64,000 bases of DNA from the human T2T-CHM13v2.0 reference genome, Homo sapiens. The position numbers were made by a program, and so were the translations under genes. Under the pieces are notes generated by a model that did not search any database, was not told where the DNA came from, and saw only the letters and a list, made by a program, of their open reading frames with translations. Position 1 is the stretch's first letter; each line of letters starts with the position of its first letter. Below, piece after piece: positions 19,704 through 32,843 of the stretch. The stretch lies in assembly GCF_009914755.1 (NCBI RefSeq), contig NC_060945.1; one strand, 5' to 3'.

Positions 19704-20232
19704 TTGTCTTTCTTTCTGTCTCTGTCTCTCTCTCTCTCTCTGTGTGTCTGTCTTCTGTCTTACTGTCTTTCTCTGCCTGTCTGTCTGTCTGTCTCTCTCT
19801 GTCTGTCTCTCTCTCTCTCTCCCCCCTGTCGGCTGTTTCTCTGTCTCTGTCTGTGTCTCTCTTTCTGTCTGTTTCTCTCTGTCTGTCTTTCTCTCTCTGT
19901 CTCTTTCTCTCTGTCTCTCTGTCTGTCTCTGTCTCTCTCTCTGTCTCTCTCTCTCTGTGGGGGTGTGTGTGTGTGTGTGTATGTGTGTGTGTGTGTGTGT
20001 GTGTGTCTGCCTTCTGTCTTACTCTCTTTCTCTGCCTGTCTGTCTGCCTGTCTGTTTGTCTCTCTCTCTCTGCCTGTCTCTCTCCCTTCCTGTCTGTTTC
20101 TCTCTCTTTCTGTTTCTCTCTGTCTCTGTCCATCTCTGTCTTTCTCCGTCTGTCTCTTTATCTGTCTCTCTCTCTCTTTCTGTCTTTCTCTCTCTGTGTA
20201 TCGTTGTCTCTCTCTGTCTGTCTCTGTCTCTG

Positions 20233-20265
<33 letters not shown>

Positions 20266-20325
20266 GTCTGTCTGTCCGTCTGTCTGTCTCGGTCTCTGGC
20301 TCTCGCTATCTCCCGCCCTCTCTTT
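19070..20325 (+). repeat. Pyrimidine-rich low-complexity block 3 with internal (TG)n
   Basis: Carries the same TCTTCTGTCTTACT anchor motif as blocks 1 and 2. Confidence 0.93.
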
Positions 20326-21608
20326 TTTTGCAAAAGAAGCTCAAGTACATCTAATCTAATCCCTTACCAAGGCCTGAATTCTTCACTTCTGACATCCCAG
20401 ATTTGATCTCCCTACAGAATGCTGTACAGAACTGGCGAGTTGATTTCTGGACTTGGATACCTCATAGAAACTACATATGAATAAAGATCCAATCCTAAAA
20501 TCTGGGGTGGCTTCTCCCTCGACTGTCTCGAAAAATCGTACCTCTGTTCCCCTAGGATGCCGGAAGAGTTTTCTCAATGTGCATCTGCCCGTGTCCTAAG
20601 TGATCTGTGACCGAGCCCTGTCCGTCCTGTCTCAAATATGTACGTGCAAACACTTCTCTCCATTTCCACAACTACCCACGGCCCCTTGTGGAACCACTGG
20701 CTCTTTGAAAAAAATCCCAGAAGTGGTTTTGGCTTTTTGGCTAGGAGGCCTAAGCCTGCTGAGAACTTTCCTGCCCAGGATCCTGTGTGACCAAAAGTGC
20801 CTCTGCTGGGAGCTGGGATCCTCGGGACCATGCTTGCTAGCGCTGGATGAGTCTCTGGAAGGACGCACGGGACTCCGCAAAGCTGACCTGTCCCACCGAG
20901 GTCAAATGGATACCTCTGCATTGGCCCGAGGCCTCCGAAGTACATCACCGTCACCAACCGTCACCGTCAGCATCCTTGTGAGCCTGCCCAAGGCCCCGCC
21001 TCCGGGGAGACTCTTGGGAGCCCGGCCTTCGTCGGCTAAAGTCCAAAGGGATGGTGACTTCCACCCACAAGGTCCCCACTGAACGGCGAAGATGTGGAGC
21101 GTAGGTCAGAGAGGGGACCAGGAGGGGAGACGTCCCGACAGGCGACGAGTTCCCAAGGCTCTGGCCACCCCACCCACGCCCCACGCCCCACGTCCCGGGC
21201 ACCCGCGGGACACCGCCGCTTTATCCCCTCCTCTGTCCACAGCCGGCCCCACCCCACCACGCAACCCACGCACACACGCTGGAGGTTCCAAAACCACACG
21301 GTGTGACTAGAGCCTGACGGAGCGAGAGCCCATTTCACGAGGTGGGAGGGGTGGGGGTGGGGTGGGTTGGGGGTTGTGGGGTCTGTGGCGAGCCCGATTC
21401 TCCCTCTTGGGTGGCTACAGGCTAGAAATGAATATCGCTTCTTGGGCGGAGGGGCTTCCTTAGGCCATCACCGCTTGCGGGACTACCTCTCAAACCCTCC
21501 CTTGAGGCCACAAAATAGATTCCACCCCACCCATCGACGTTTCCCCCGGGTGCTGGATGTATCCTGTCAAGAGACCTGAGCCTGACACCGTCGAATTAAA
21601 CACCTTGA

Positions 21609-21833
<225 letters not shown>

Positions 21834-21875
21834 TAGATTCGAGCCACACCTCATTCCGTGCCACAGAGAGACTTC

Positions 21876-24800
21876 TTTTTTTTTTTTTTTTTAAGCGCAA
21901 CGCAACATGTCTGCCTTATTTGAGTGGCTTCCTATATCATTATAATTGTGTTATAGATGAAGAAACGGTATTAAACACTGTGCTAATGATAGTGAAAGTG
22001 AAGACAAAAGAAAGGCTATCTATTTTGTGGTTAGAATAAAGTTGCTCAGTATTTAGAGCTACCTAAATACGTCAGCATTTACACTCTTCCTAGTAAAAGC
22101 TGGCCAATCTGAATAATCCTCCTTTAAACAAACACAATTTTTGATAGGGTTAAGATTTTTTTAAGAATGCGACTCCTGCAAAATAGCTGAACAGACGATA
22201 CACATTTAAAAAAATAACAACACAAGGATCAACCAGACTTGGGAAAAAATCGAAAACCACACAAGTCTTATGAAGAACTGAGTTCTTAAAATAGGACGGA
22301 GAACGTAGCTATCGGAAGAGAAGGCAGTATTGGCAAGTTGATTGTTACGTTGGTCAGCAGTAGCTGGCACTATCTTTTTGGCCATCTTTCGGGCAATGTA
22401 ACTACTACAGCAAAATGAGATATGATCCATTAAACAACATATTCGCAAATCAAAAAGTGTTTCAGTAATATAATGCTTCAGATTTAGAAGCAAATCAAAT
22501 GATAGAACTCCACTGCTGTAATAAGTCACCCCAAAGATCACCGTATCTGACAAAATAACTACCACAGGGTTATGACTTCAGAATCATACTTTCTCTTGAT
22601 ATTTACTTATGTATGTATTTATTTTTTTTAATTTATTTCTCTTGAGACGGCGTCTCGCTCTGTCGCCCAGGCTGGAGTGCGATGGTGTGATCTCGGCTCA
22701 CTGCAACCGCCACCTCCCTGGGTTCAAGCGATTCTCCTGCCTCAGCCTCCCGAGTAGCTGGGACTACAGGTGCCCGCCACCACGCCCAGCTAATCTTTAT
22801 ACTTTTAATAGAGACGGGGTTTCACCGTGTCGGCCCGGATGGTCTCGATCTCTTGACCTCGTGACCCGCCCGCCTCGGCCTCCCAAAGTGCTGGGATGAC
22901 AGGCGTGAGCCACTGAGCCCGGCCTTCTCTTGACGTTTAAACTATGAAGTCAGTCCAGAGAAACGCAATAAATGTCAACGGTGAGGATGGTGTTGAGGCA
23001 GAAGTAGGACCACACTTTTTCCTATCTTATTCAGTTGATAACAATATGACCTAGGTAGTAATTTCCTATGTGCCTACTTATACACGAGTACAAAAGAGTA
23101 AAACAGAGAGACTGCTAAATTAAAGGGTACGTGAAGTTCTTCATAGTAACTCCGTAAACTGGAACACTGTCAAAAAGCAGCAGCTAGTGAATTGTTTCCA
23201 TGTATTTTTCTATGATCCAATAAGTGAACTATGCTATTCCTTTCCAGTCTCCCAAGCACTTCTTGTCCCCATCACCACTTCGGTGCTCGAAGAAAAAGTA
23301 ACAAATCAAGGAACACAACTAAAGAAACACACACACAAACCAAAGACAACTACAGCGTCTGCAAAAGTTTGCTAGAAGACTGAAACTGTTGAGTATAAGG
23401 ATCTGGTATTCTACGATCATGAGTTCACTTCAGAGTTTGTTCAAGACATACGTTTCGTAAGGAAACATCTTAGTTAGAAGTTATTCAGCAGTAGGTACCA
23501 TCCCTAAGTATTTTTCACCAAATTCGTGACAATAAAGAGCTATCTAACCAGAAAAATTAGCGAGTACCGGCACCATCCATAGGGCTTTGTCTTTACGCTT
23601 CATTAGCACTTACCATGCCTTACAATGTCTAGGATTGACCCTGATAGCATTTCGAAAACAAGCTAATGCTTTGTCCAGTTCTTCAGTGAAGACAAGCTCA
23701 CGCCCTAATGCGCTATAGGCATAAGCATCATTTGGATCCACTTCGAGAGTTCTCTGGAAGAATTGAATCGCAATATCGTGTTCCCGTTGCAGACCGAAAC
23801 AGTTCCCTGCAGCACACCAGGCCTCTGGCTGGCGAATTTTTATCCATGTCTGTGAAGTCTTTGGACAGAACTGAAAGAGCAACCTCTTTCGGAGGATGCC
23901 AAAGTGTTGTAGAGTAGATCTCCATGCCTTCGACTCTGTAATTCTCAATCCTCCTAACCTCTGAGAATTGTCTTTCAGCTTGCGTGGACTCTGAAAGTTT
24001 ACAATAGGCCCTTCCGATTTGGCACAGTACCCAACCGGTATTGCGGTGGTGAGAAGCTAGATGGCTCAAGATGCTGATAGCTTCTTTGCCGTGGTAAGAA
24101 CACAAAGCTAAATAACCTTTCCCCCTTTCACGAAGAAGGCTCATCAAGCCTTCCGCTGCTGCTTTTTGTAGATTAAAAGCCTGAATCTGAGGCGCGATTG
24201 CGGCTATTTTCCCTTCTGAAATGACGGAAGAGTCCAATTTTGTCACTTCCAGGCTATCACTTATGTTCGGTGGAGTTATTGCTCCTTTATTAGTTTTACT
24301 TTTGGTTCTTCTGTTTGGGATTTTAGGTGGAAACTTCATTTTTAATTTTCTCCTATTCTCCTCGGTTGTGGAGCTGTCACTAGTCAAGAGTCGTGAATGT
24401 CTTCGAGGCGGTGCATTTGGGGGAGATGCCATAGTGGGGCTCAATACCTGAGGTGTTGCCCTTGTCGGCGGACCAGAACTTTGTGTTTTTGCAAGGACTG
24501 GAGTTACCTTTCGGCTCTTTCCCCTCTGCGAGAAGACAGACGGTGTTCCGGTTTGGCCGATTCTGGCAACAGGCTTTTTTGAAGGGGCTCCGGTGGATGG
24601 CACGTCAATGACAGACGGTGTCTCATACCAGTGCAGTTTTGTCAATAGGGTCCGTCTCCGGGACTTGGGGTTTCTAATGGCAAAATGCCAACACTTGGGG
24701 TTAATGGACTAACAGCTGCTGGTCCTCCTAATAAACTTCGACCAGTTTTTGGTTTATGTTGAACCTGTTTAGATCATATGGAAGTTCCTGTTCCCAGTGG

Positions 24801-25671
24801 GACAGTATCAGGTGAAAGGACAGCTGAATCGATAGAAGACACTGGGGAGTCTGTATTCAAGGAGTACTTTGAATTGGAAGATTCTAAATTCCATCCGTTT
24901 CATTCGACGGTGTCCTGGGGTGTTTCCGTAAGAACGGTCTCGGGCTGTCTGTGACATAAACTAGGACGAGGTCCAAGTGTTGTGGCGCAACACTTGGACA
25001 GGCAGTTGCTAAAGCTCTCTAGAGAGGTGAATCAAAATGTTTGGTCAGGATCTGGCTTTTCCCCCCTATTTCACATCATGATTCAAAGGGACACCAGAGG
25101 AAAGGATTTCAACGAAGGCTCTTTTGGTCACATTCTGATCCTTTGGTAAGCCGATCTGTCTTGCAATATACATGTCCCGACGATGGAAGGGGAAAGCGAG
25201 CTGAATCACCAAACTCAGGAACGATAATATCATCGTGGCTTTTCTGCTTATGAAACACTCCACCCGATAAGATTTGATCCCCTTCTGCAAGCTTGCTGAG
25301 ATCAACACAACATTTCGCAAGCAGGCATTTGCATTGCGGGGTAGTACAACTGTGTCCTTTCAAGAGTCTATATGTTTTATAGGCCTTTCCTGAGCGGTAA
25401 GAACAGGTCGCCAGTAAGAACAAGGCTTCTTCTGAGTGTACTTCTGCATAAAGGCGTTCTGCGGGGGAAACCGCATCTCGGTAGGCATAGTGGTTTAGTG
25501 CTTGCCATATAGCAGCCTGGACGGGTCCCTGCAGCACCGCCATCCTCGAGGCTCAGGCCCACTTTCTGCAGTGCCACAGGCACCCCCCCCCCCCATAGCG
25601 GCTCCGGCCCGGCCAGCCCCGGCTCATTTAAAGGCACCAGCCGCCGTTACCGGGGGATGGGGGAGTCCGAG
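21876..25671 (-). pseudogene. CDC27P: CDC27 (APC3) processed pseudogene, frameshifted, lacking the C-terminal coding exons
   Basis: ORF fragments MAVLQGPVQAAIWQALNHYAYRDA (25543), ...KMKFPPKIPNR...EGMEIYSTTLWH and ...EAWCAAGNCF...ACFRNAIRVNPRH match CDC27 with no introns between them. Poly(T) at 21876-21892. Candidate TSD ACAGA(GA/AT)GACTTCTTT at 21863 and 25672. Confidence 0.95.
22640..22924 (-). mobile_element. Full-length Alu within the 3' part of the CDC27 retrocopy
   Basis: GAGACGGCGTCTCGCTCTGTCGCCCAGGCTGG...GTGAGCCACTGAGCCCGGCC. Confidence 0.9.
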
Positions 25672-26196
25672 ACAGAATGACTTCTTTATCCTGCTGACTC
25701 TGGAAAGCCCGGCGCCTTGTGATCCATTGCAAACCGAGAGTCACCTCGTGTTTAGAACACGGATCCACTCCCAAGTTCAGTGGGGGGATGTGAGGGGTGT
25801 GGCAGGTAGGACGAAGGACTCTCTTCCTTCTGATTCGGTCTGCACAGTGGGGCCTAGGGCTGGAGCTCTCTCCGTGCGGACCGCTGACTCCCTCTACCTT
25901 GGGTTCCCTCGGCCCCACCCTGGAACGCCGGGCCTTGGCAGATTCTGGCCCTTCCTGGCCCTTCAGTCGCTGTCAGAAACCCCATCTCATGCTCGGATGC
26001 CCCGAGTGACTGTGGCTCGCACCTCTCCGGAAACATTGGAAATCTCTCCTCTACGCGCGGCCACCTGAAACCACAGGAGCTCGGGACACACGTGCTTTCG
26101 GGAGAGAATGCTGAGAGTCTCTTGCCGACTCTCTCTTGACTTGAGTTCTTCGTGGGTGCGTGGTTAAGACGTAGTGAGACCAGATGTATTAACTCA

Positions 26197-26350
26197 GGCC
26201 GGGTGCTGGTGGCTCACGCCTGTAACCCCAACACTTTGGGAGGCCGAGGCCGTAGGATCCCTCGAGGAATCGCCTAACCCTGGGGAGGTTGAGGTTGCAG
26301 TGAGTGAGCCATAGTTGTGTCACTGTGCTCCAGTCTGGGCGAAAGACAGA
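26197..26350 (+). mobile_element. Alu monomer (FLAM/FAM-like)
   Basis: GGCCGGGTGCTGGTGGCTCACGCCTGTAACCCC...GAGGTTGCAGTGAG...CTCCAGTCTGGGCGA. Confidence 0.75.
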
Positions 26351-26461
26351 ATGAGGCCCTGCCACAGGCAGGCAGGCAGGCAGGCAGGCAGAAAGACAAC
26401 AGCTGTATTATGTTCTTCTCAGGGTAGGAAGCAAAAATAACAGAATACAGCACTTAATTAA

Positions 26462-26762
<301 letters not shown>

Positions 26763-26806
26763 TACGTTTATTTATTTATTTTTTTAATTATTTTACTTTT
26801 TTTTAG

Positions 26807-27159
<353 letters not shown>

Positions 27160-27237
27160 TATTTATCTATTTATTAACTTTGAGTCCAGGTTATGAAACC
27201 AGTTAGTTTTTGTAATTTTTTTTTTTTTTTTTTTTTT

Positions 27238-27345
27238 TTTGAGACGAGGTTTCACCGTGTTGCCAAGGCTTGGACCGAGGGATCCACCGGCCCTCGGCCT
27301 CCCAAAAGTGCGGGGATGACAGGCGCGAGCCTACCGCGCCCGGAC
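27238..27345 (-). mobile_element. Alu left-arm fragment
   Basis: GAGACGAGGTTTCACCGTGTTGCC...CTCGGCCTCCCAAAAGTG. Confidence 0.75.
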
Positions 27346-28147
27346 CCCCCCTTTCCCCTTCCCCCGCTTGTCTTCCCGACAGACAGTTTCACGGCAGAGC
27401 GTTTGGCTGGCGTGCTTAAACTCATTCTAAATAGAAATTTGGGACGTCAGCTTCTGGCCTCACGGACTCTGAGCCGAGGAGTCCCCTGGTCTGTCTATCA
27501 CAGGACCGTACACGTAAGGAGGAGAAAAATCGTAACGTTCAAAGTCAGTCATTTTGTGATACAGAAATACACGGATTCACCCAAAACACAGAAAGCAGTC
27601 TTTTAGAAATGGCCTTAGCCCTGGTGTCCGTGCCAGTGATTCTTTTCGGTTTGGACCTTGACTGAGAGGATTCCCAGTCGGTCTCTCGTCTCTGGACGGA
27701 AGTTCCAGATGATCCGATGGGTGGGGGACTTAGGCTGCGTCCCCCCAGGAGCCCTGGTCGATTAGTTGTGGGGATCGCCTTGGAGGGCGCGGTGACCCAC
27801 TGTGCTGTGGGAGCCTCCATCCTTCCCCCCACCCCCTCCCCAGGGGATCCCAATTCATTCCGGGCTGACACGCTCACTGGCAGGCGTCGGGCATCACCTA
27901 GCGGTCACTGTTACTCTGAAAACGGAGGCCTCACAGAGGAAGGGAGCACCAGGCCGCCTGCGCACAGCCTGGGGCAACTGTGTCTTCTCCACCGCCCCCG
28001 CCCCCACCTCCAAGTTCCTCCCTCCCTTGTTGCCTAGGAAATCGCCACTTTGACGACCGGGTCTGATTGACCTTTGATCAGGCAAAAACGAACAAACAGA
28101 TAAATAAATAAAATAACACAAAAGTAACTAACTAAATAAAATAAGTC

Positions 28148-28281
28148 AATACAACCCATTACAATACAATAAGATACGATACGATAGGATGCGATAGGAT
28201 ACGATAGGATACAATACAATACGATACGATACAATACAATACAATACAATACAATACAATACAATACAATACAATACAATA
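28148..28281. repeat. (AATAC/GATAC)n pentanucleotide repeat
   Basis: Read directly from the sequence. Confidence 0.9.
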
Positions 28282-28282
28282 C

Positions 28283-29115
<833 letters not shown>

Positions 29116-29387
29116 TTAACTTCATTTTATGTTATTATCATGATTGATGTTTCGAGACGGAGTCTCGGAGGCCCGCCCTCCCTGGTTGCCCAGACAACCC
29201 CGGGAGACAGACCCTGGCTGGGCCCGATTGTTCTTCTCCTTGGTCAGGGGTTTCCTTGTCTTTCTTCGTGTCTTTAACCCGCGTGGACTCTTCCGCTCGG
29301 GTTTGACAGATGGCAGCTCCACTTTAGGCCTTGTTGTTGTTGGGGACTTTCCTGATTCTCCCCAGATGTAGTGAAAGCAGGTAGATT

Positions 29388-29417
29388 TGCCTTGCCTGGA
29401 CTTGCCTGGCCTTGCCT
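29388..29417. promoter_or_regulatory. RGC (ribosomal gene cluster) p53 binding site
   Basis: TGCCTTGCCT GGACTTGCCT GGCCTTGCCT forms three RRRCWWGYYY-like decamers and is recognisable as the classic RGC p53 probe sequence. Confidence 0.85.
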
Positions 29418-29450
29418 TTTCTTTCTTTCTTTCTTTATTACTTTCTCTTT

Positions 29451-29516
29451 TTCTTCTTCTTCTTCTTCTTCTTCTTCTTCTTCTTCTTCTTCTTCTTCTT
29501 CTTCTTCTTCTTCTTC
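29451..29516. repeat. (TTC)22 / (GAA)22 repeat in an Alu tail
   Basis: 66 bp uninterrupted, directly adjoining the poly(T) of the Alu at 29528. Confidence 0.93.
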
Positions 29517-29527
29517 TTTTTTTTTTT

Positions 29528-29808
29528 GAGACAGAGTTTCACTCTTGTTGCCCAGGCTAGAGGGCAATGGTGCGATCTCGGCTCACCGCACCCTCCGCCT
29601 CCCAGGTTCAAGCGATTCTCCTGCCTCAGCCTCCTGATTAGCTGGGATTACAGGCATGGGCCACCGTGCCTGGCTGATGTTTGTACTTTTAGTAGAGACG
29701 GTGTTTTTCCATGTTGGTCAGGCTGGTCTCCCACTCCCAACCTCAGGTGGTCCGCCTGCCTTAGCCTCCCAAAGTGCTGGGATGACAGGCGTGAGCCACC
29801 GCGCCCAG

Positions 29809-29810
<2 letters not shown>
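29528..29810 (-). mobile_element. Full-length Alu (AluS-like)
   Basis: GAGACAGAGTTTCACTCTTGTTGCCCAGG...GTGAGCCACCGCGCCCAGCC. Confidence 0.9.
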
Positions 29811-29857
<47 letters not shown>

Positions 29858-30504
29858 CGCTTGCTTGCTTGCTTTCGTGCTTTCTTGCTTTCCCGTTTTC
29901 TTGCTTTCTTTCTTTCTTTCGTTTCTTTCATGCTTGCTTTCTTGCTTGCTTGCTTGCTTTCGTGCTTTCTTGCTTTCCTGTTTTCTTTTTCTTTCTTTCT
30001 TTCTTTCTTTCTTTTGTTTCTTTCTTGCTTGCTTTCTTGCTTGCTTGCTTGCTTTCGTGCTTTCTTGCTTTCCTGTTTTCTTTCTTTCTTTCTTTCTTTT
30101 GTTTCTTTCTTGCTTGCTTTCTTGCTTGCTTGCTTTCGTGCTGTCTTGTTTTCTCGATTTCTTTCTTTCTTTTGTTTCTTTCCTGCTTGCTTTCTTGCTT
30201 GATTGCTTTCGTGCTTTCTTGCTTTCTTGTTTTCTTTCTTTCTTTTGTTTCTTTCTTTCTTGCTTCCTTGTTTTCTTGCTTTCTTGCTTGCTTGCTTTCG
30301 TGCTTTCTTGTTTTCTTGCTTTCTTTCTTTTGTTTCTTTCTTGCTTGCTTTCTTGCTTCCTTGTTTTCTTGCTTTCTTGCTTGCTTGCTTTCGTGCTTTC
30401 TTTCTTGCTTTCTTTTCTTTCTTTCTTTTCTTTTTCTTTCTTTCTTGCTTTCTTTTCTTTCATTCATTCATTCTTTCTTTCTTTCCTTTCTTTCTTTCTT
30501 TCTT

Positions 30505-30543
<39 letters not shown>

Positions 30544-30545
30544 GT
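29811..30545. repeat. (CT)n followed by a compound (CTTG/CTTT)n minisatellite
   Basis: Recurring GCTTGCTTTCGTGCTTTCTTG unit roughly every 70-90 bp. Confidence 0.9.
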
Positions 30546-30555
30546 TTCGTCCTTT

Positions 30556-30846
<291 letters not shown>

Positions 30847-31920
30847 TGTTGACTCATTTCGCTTTTTTATTTCTTTCGTTTCCACGCGTTTACTTATATG
30901 TATTAATGTAAACGTTTCTGTACGCTTATATGCAAACAACGACAACGTGTATCTCTGCATTGAATACTCTTGCGTATGGTAAATACGTATCGGTTGTATG
31001 GAAATAGACTTCTGTATGATAGATGTAGGTGTTTGTGTTATACAAATAAATACACATCGCTCTATAAAGAAGGGATCGTCGATAAAGACGTTTATTTTAC
31101 GTATGAAAAGCGTCGTATTTATGTGTGTAAATGAACGAGCGTACGTAGTTATCTCTGTTTTCTTTCTTCCTCTCCTTCGTGTTTTTCTTCCTTCCTTTCT
31201 TCCTTTCTCTCCTTCTTTAGGTTTTTCTTCCTCTCTTCCTTTCCTTCTTTCTCTCTTTCTGTCCTTTTTTCCTTCGTGCTTTATTTCTCTTTCGTTCCCT
31301 GTGTTTCCTTCTTTTTTCTTTCCTCTCTGTTTCTTTTTCCCTTCTTTCCTTCGTTTCTTTCCTCATTCTTTCTCTCTTTTTCGTGTTTCTTTCCTTCCCG
31401 TCTGTCTTTTAAAAAATGGAGTGTTTCAGAAGTTTACTTTGTGTATCTACGTTTTCTAAATTGTCTCTCTTTTCTCCATTTTCTTCCTCCCTCCCTCCCT
31501 CCCTCCCTCCCTGCTCCCTTCCCTCCCTCCTTCCCTTTCGCCATCTGTCTCTTTTCCCCACTCCCCTCCCCCCGTCTGTCTCTGCGTGGATTCCGGAAGA
31601 GCCTACGCATTCTGCCTCTCCGTGTGTCTGCAGCGACCCGCGACCGAGTCCTTGTGTGTTCTTTCTCCCTCCCTCCCTCCCTCCCTCCCTCCCTCCCTGC
31701 TTCCGAGAGGCATCTCCAAACACCCACGCGCCGTGGGTTGTCTTCTGACTCTGTCGCGGTCGAGGCAGAGACGCGTTTTGGGCACCGTTTGTGTGGGGTT
31801 GGGGCAGAGGGGCTGCGTTTTCGGCCTCGGGAAGAGCTTCTCGACTCACGGTTTCGCTTTCGCGGTCCACGGGCCGCCCTGCCAGCCGGATCTGTCTCGC
31901 TGACGTCCGCGGCGGTTGTC

Positions 31921-31938
31921 GGGCTCCATCTGGCGGCC
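31921..31938 (-). promoter_or_regulatory. CTCF motif about 0.9 kb upstream of the TSS (spacer-promoter/boundary region)
   Basis: Minus strand reads GGCCGCCAGATGGAGCCC, close to the CTCF core CCASYAGRKGGC. The position fits known CTCF binding upstream of the human rDNA promoter. Confidence 0.7.
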
Positions 31939-32143
31939 GCTTTGAGATCGTGCTCTCGGCTTCCGGAGCTGCGGTGGCAGCTGCCGAGGGAGGGGACCGT
32001 CCCCGCTGTGAGCTAGGCAGAGCTCCGGAAAGCCCGCGGTCGTCAGCCCGGCTGGCCCGGTGGCGCCAGAGCTGTGGCGCGTCGCTTGTGAGTCACAGCT
32101 CTGGCGTGCAGGTTTATGTGGGGGAGAGGCTGTCGCTGCGCTT

Positions 32144-32166
32144 CTGGGCCCGCGGCGGGCGTGGGG
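32144..32166 (+). ncRNA. MIR6724: miR-6724-5p annotated sequence (function doubtful)
   Basis: CTGGGCCCGCGGCGGGCGTGGGG matches the mature sequence as I recall it. Confidence 0.5.
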
Positions 32167-32176
32167 CTGCCCGGGC

Positions 32177-32187
32177 CGGTCGACCAG
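32177..32187 (+). terminator. Upstream Sal-box-like site (candidate spacer-promoter terminator Tsp)
   Basis: CGGTCGACCAG matches 10/11 of the Sal box, at about -650. Confidence 0.6.
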
Positions 32188-32649
32188 CGCGCCGTAGCTC
32201 CCGAGGCCCGAGCCGCGACCCGCGGGGACCCGCCGCGCGTGGCGCGGGAGGCTGGGGACGCCCTTCCCGGCCCGGTCGCGGGTCCGCGCTCATCCTGGCC
32301 GTCTGAGGCGGCGGCCGAATTCGTTTCCGAGTCCCCGTGGGGAGCCGGGGACCGTCCCGCCCCCGTCCCCCGGGTGCCGGGGAGCGGTCCCCGGGCCGGG
32401 CCGCGGTCCCTCTGCCGCGATCCTTTCTGGCGAGTCCCCGTGCGGAGTCGGAGAGCGCTCCCTGAGCGCGCGTGCGGCCCGAGAGGTCGCGCCTGGCCGG
32501 CCTTCGGTCCCTCGTGTGTCCCGGTCGTAGGAGGGGCCGGCCGAAAATGCTTCCGGCTCCCGCTCTGGAGACACGGGCCGGCCCCCTGCGTGTGGCACGG
32601 GCGGCCGGGAGGGCGTCCCCGGCCCGGCGCTGCTCCCGCGTGTGTCCTG

Positions 32650-32660
32650 GGGTTGACCAG
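32650..32660 (+). terminator. Promoter-proximal terminator T0 (TTF-I site)
   Basis: GGGTTGACCAG matches 10/11 of the Sal box, at -176 to -166. Confidence 0.75.
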
Positions 32661-32669
32661 AGGGCCCCG

Positions 32670-32843
32670 GGCGCTCCGTGTGTGGCTGCGATGGTGGCGT
32701 TTTTGGGGACAGGTGTCCGTGTCGCGCGTCGCCTGGGCCGGCGGCGTGGTCGGTGACGCGACCTCCCGGCCCCGGGGGAGGTATATCTTTCGCTCCGAGT
32801 CGGCATTTTGGGCCGCCGGGTTATTGCTGACACGCTGTCCTCT
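32670..32843 (+). promoter_or_regulatory. RNA polymerase I promoter: UCE (~32670-32719) and core (~32781-32843), TSS at 32826
   Basis: GTATATCTTTCGCTCCGAGTCGGCATTTTGGGCCGCCGGGTTATT|GCTGACACGCTGTCC is the human Pol I core promoter and 47S 5' end. Confidence 0.95.

Noticed and set aside
22206-22565. 119-aa hydrophobic-tailed ORF
   Set aside because: It lies in the presumed intron-derived part of the pseudogene and has no recognisable homology or coding signals.
23728-24645. 305-aa CDC27-like ORF as a functional gene
   Set aside because: It is a fragment of a frameshifted retrocopy. Homology switches frames and the N- and C-terminal parts are disconnected or missing.
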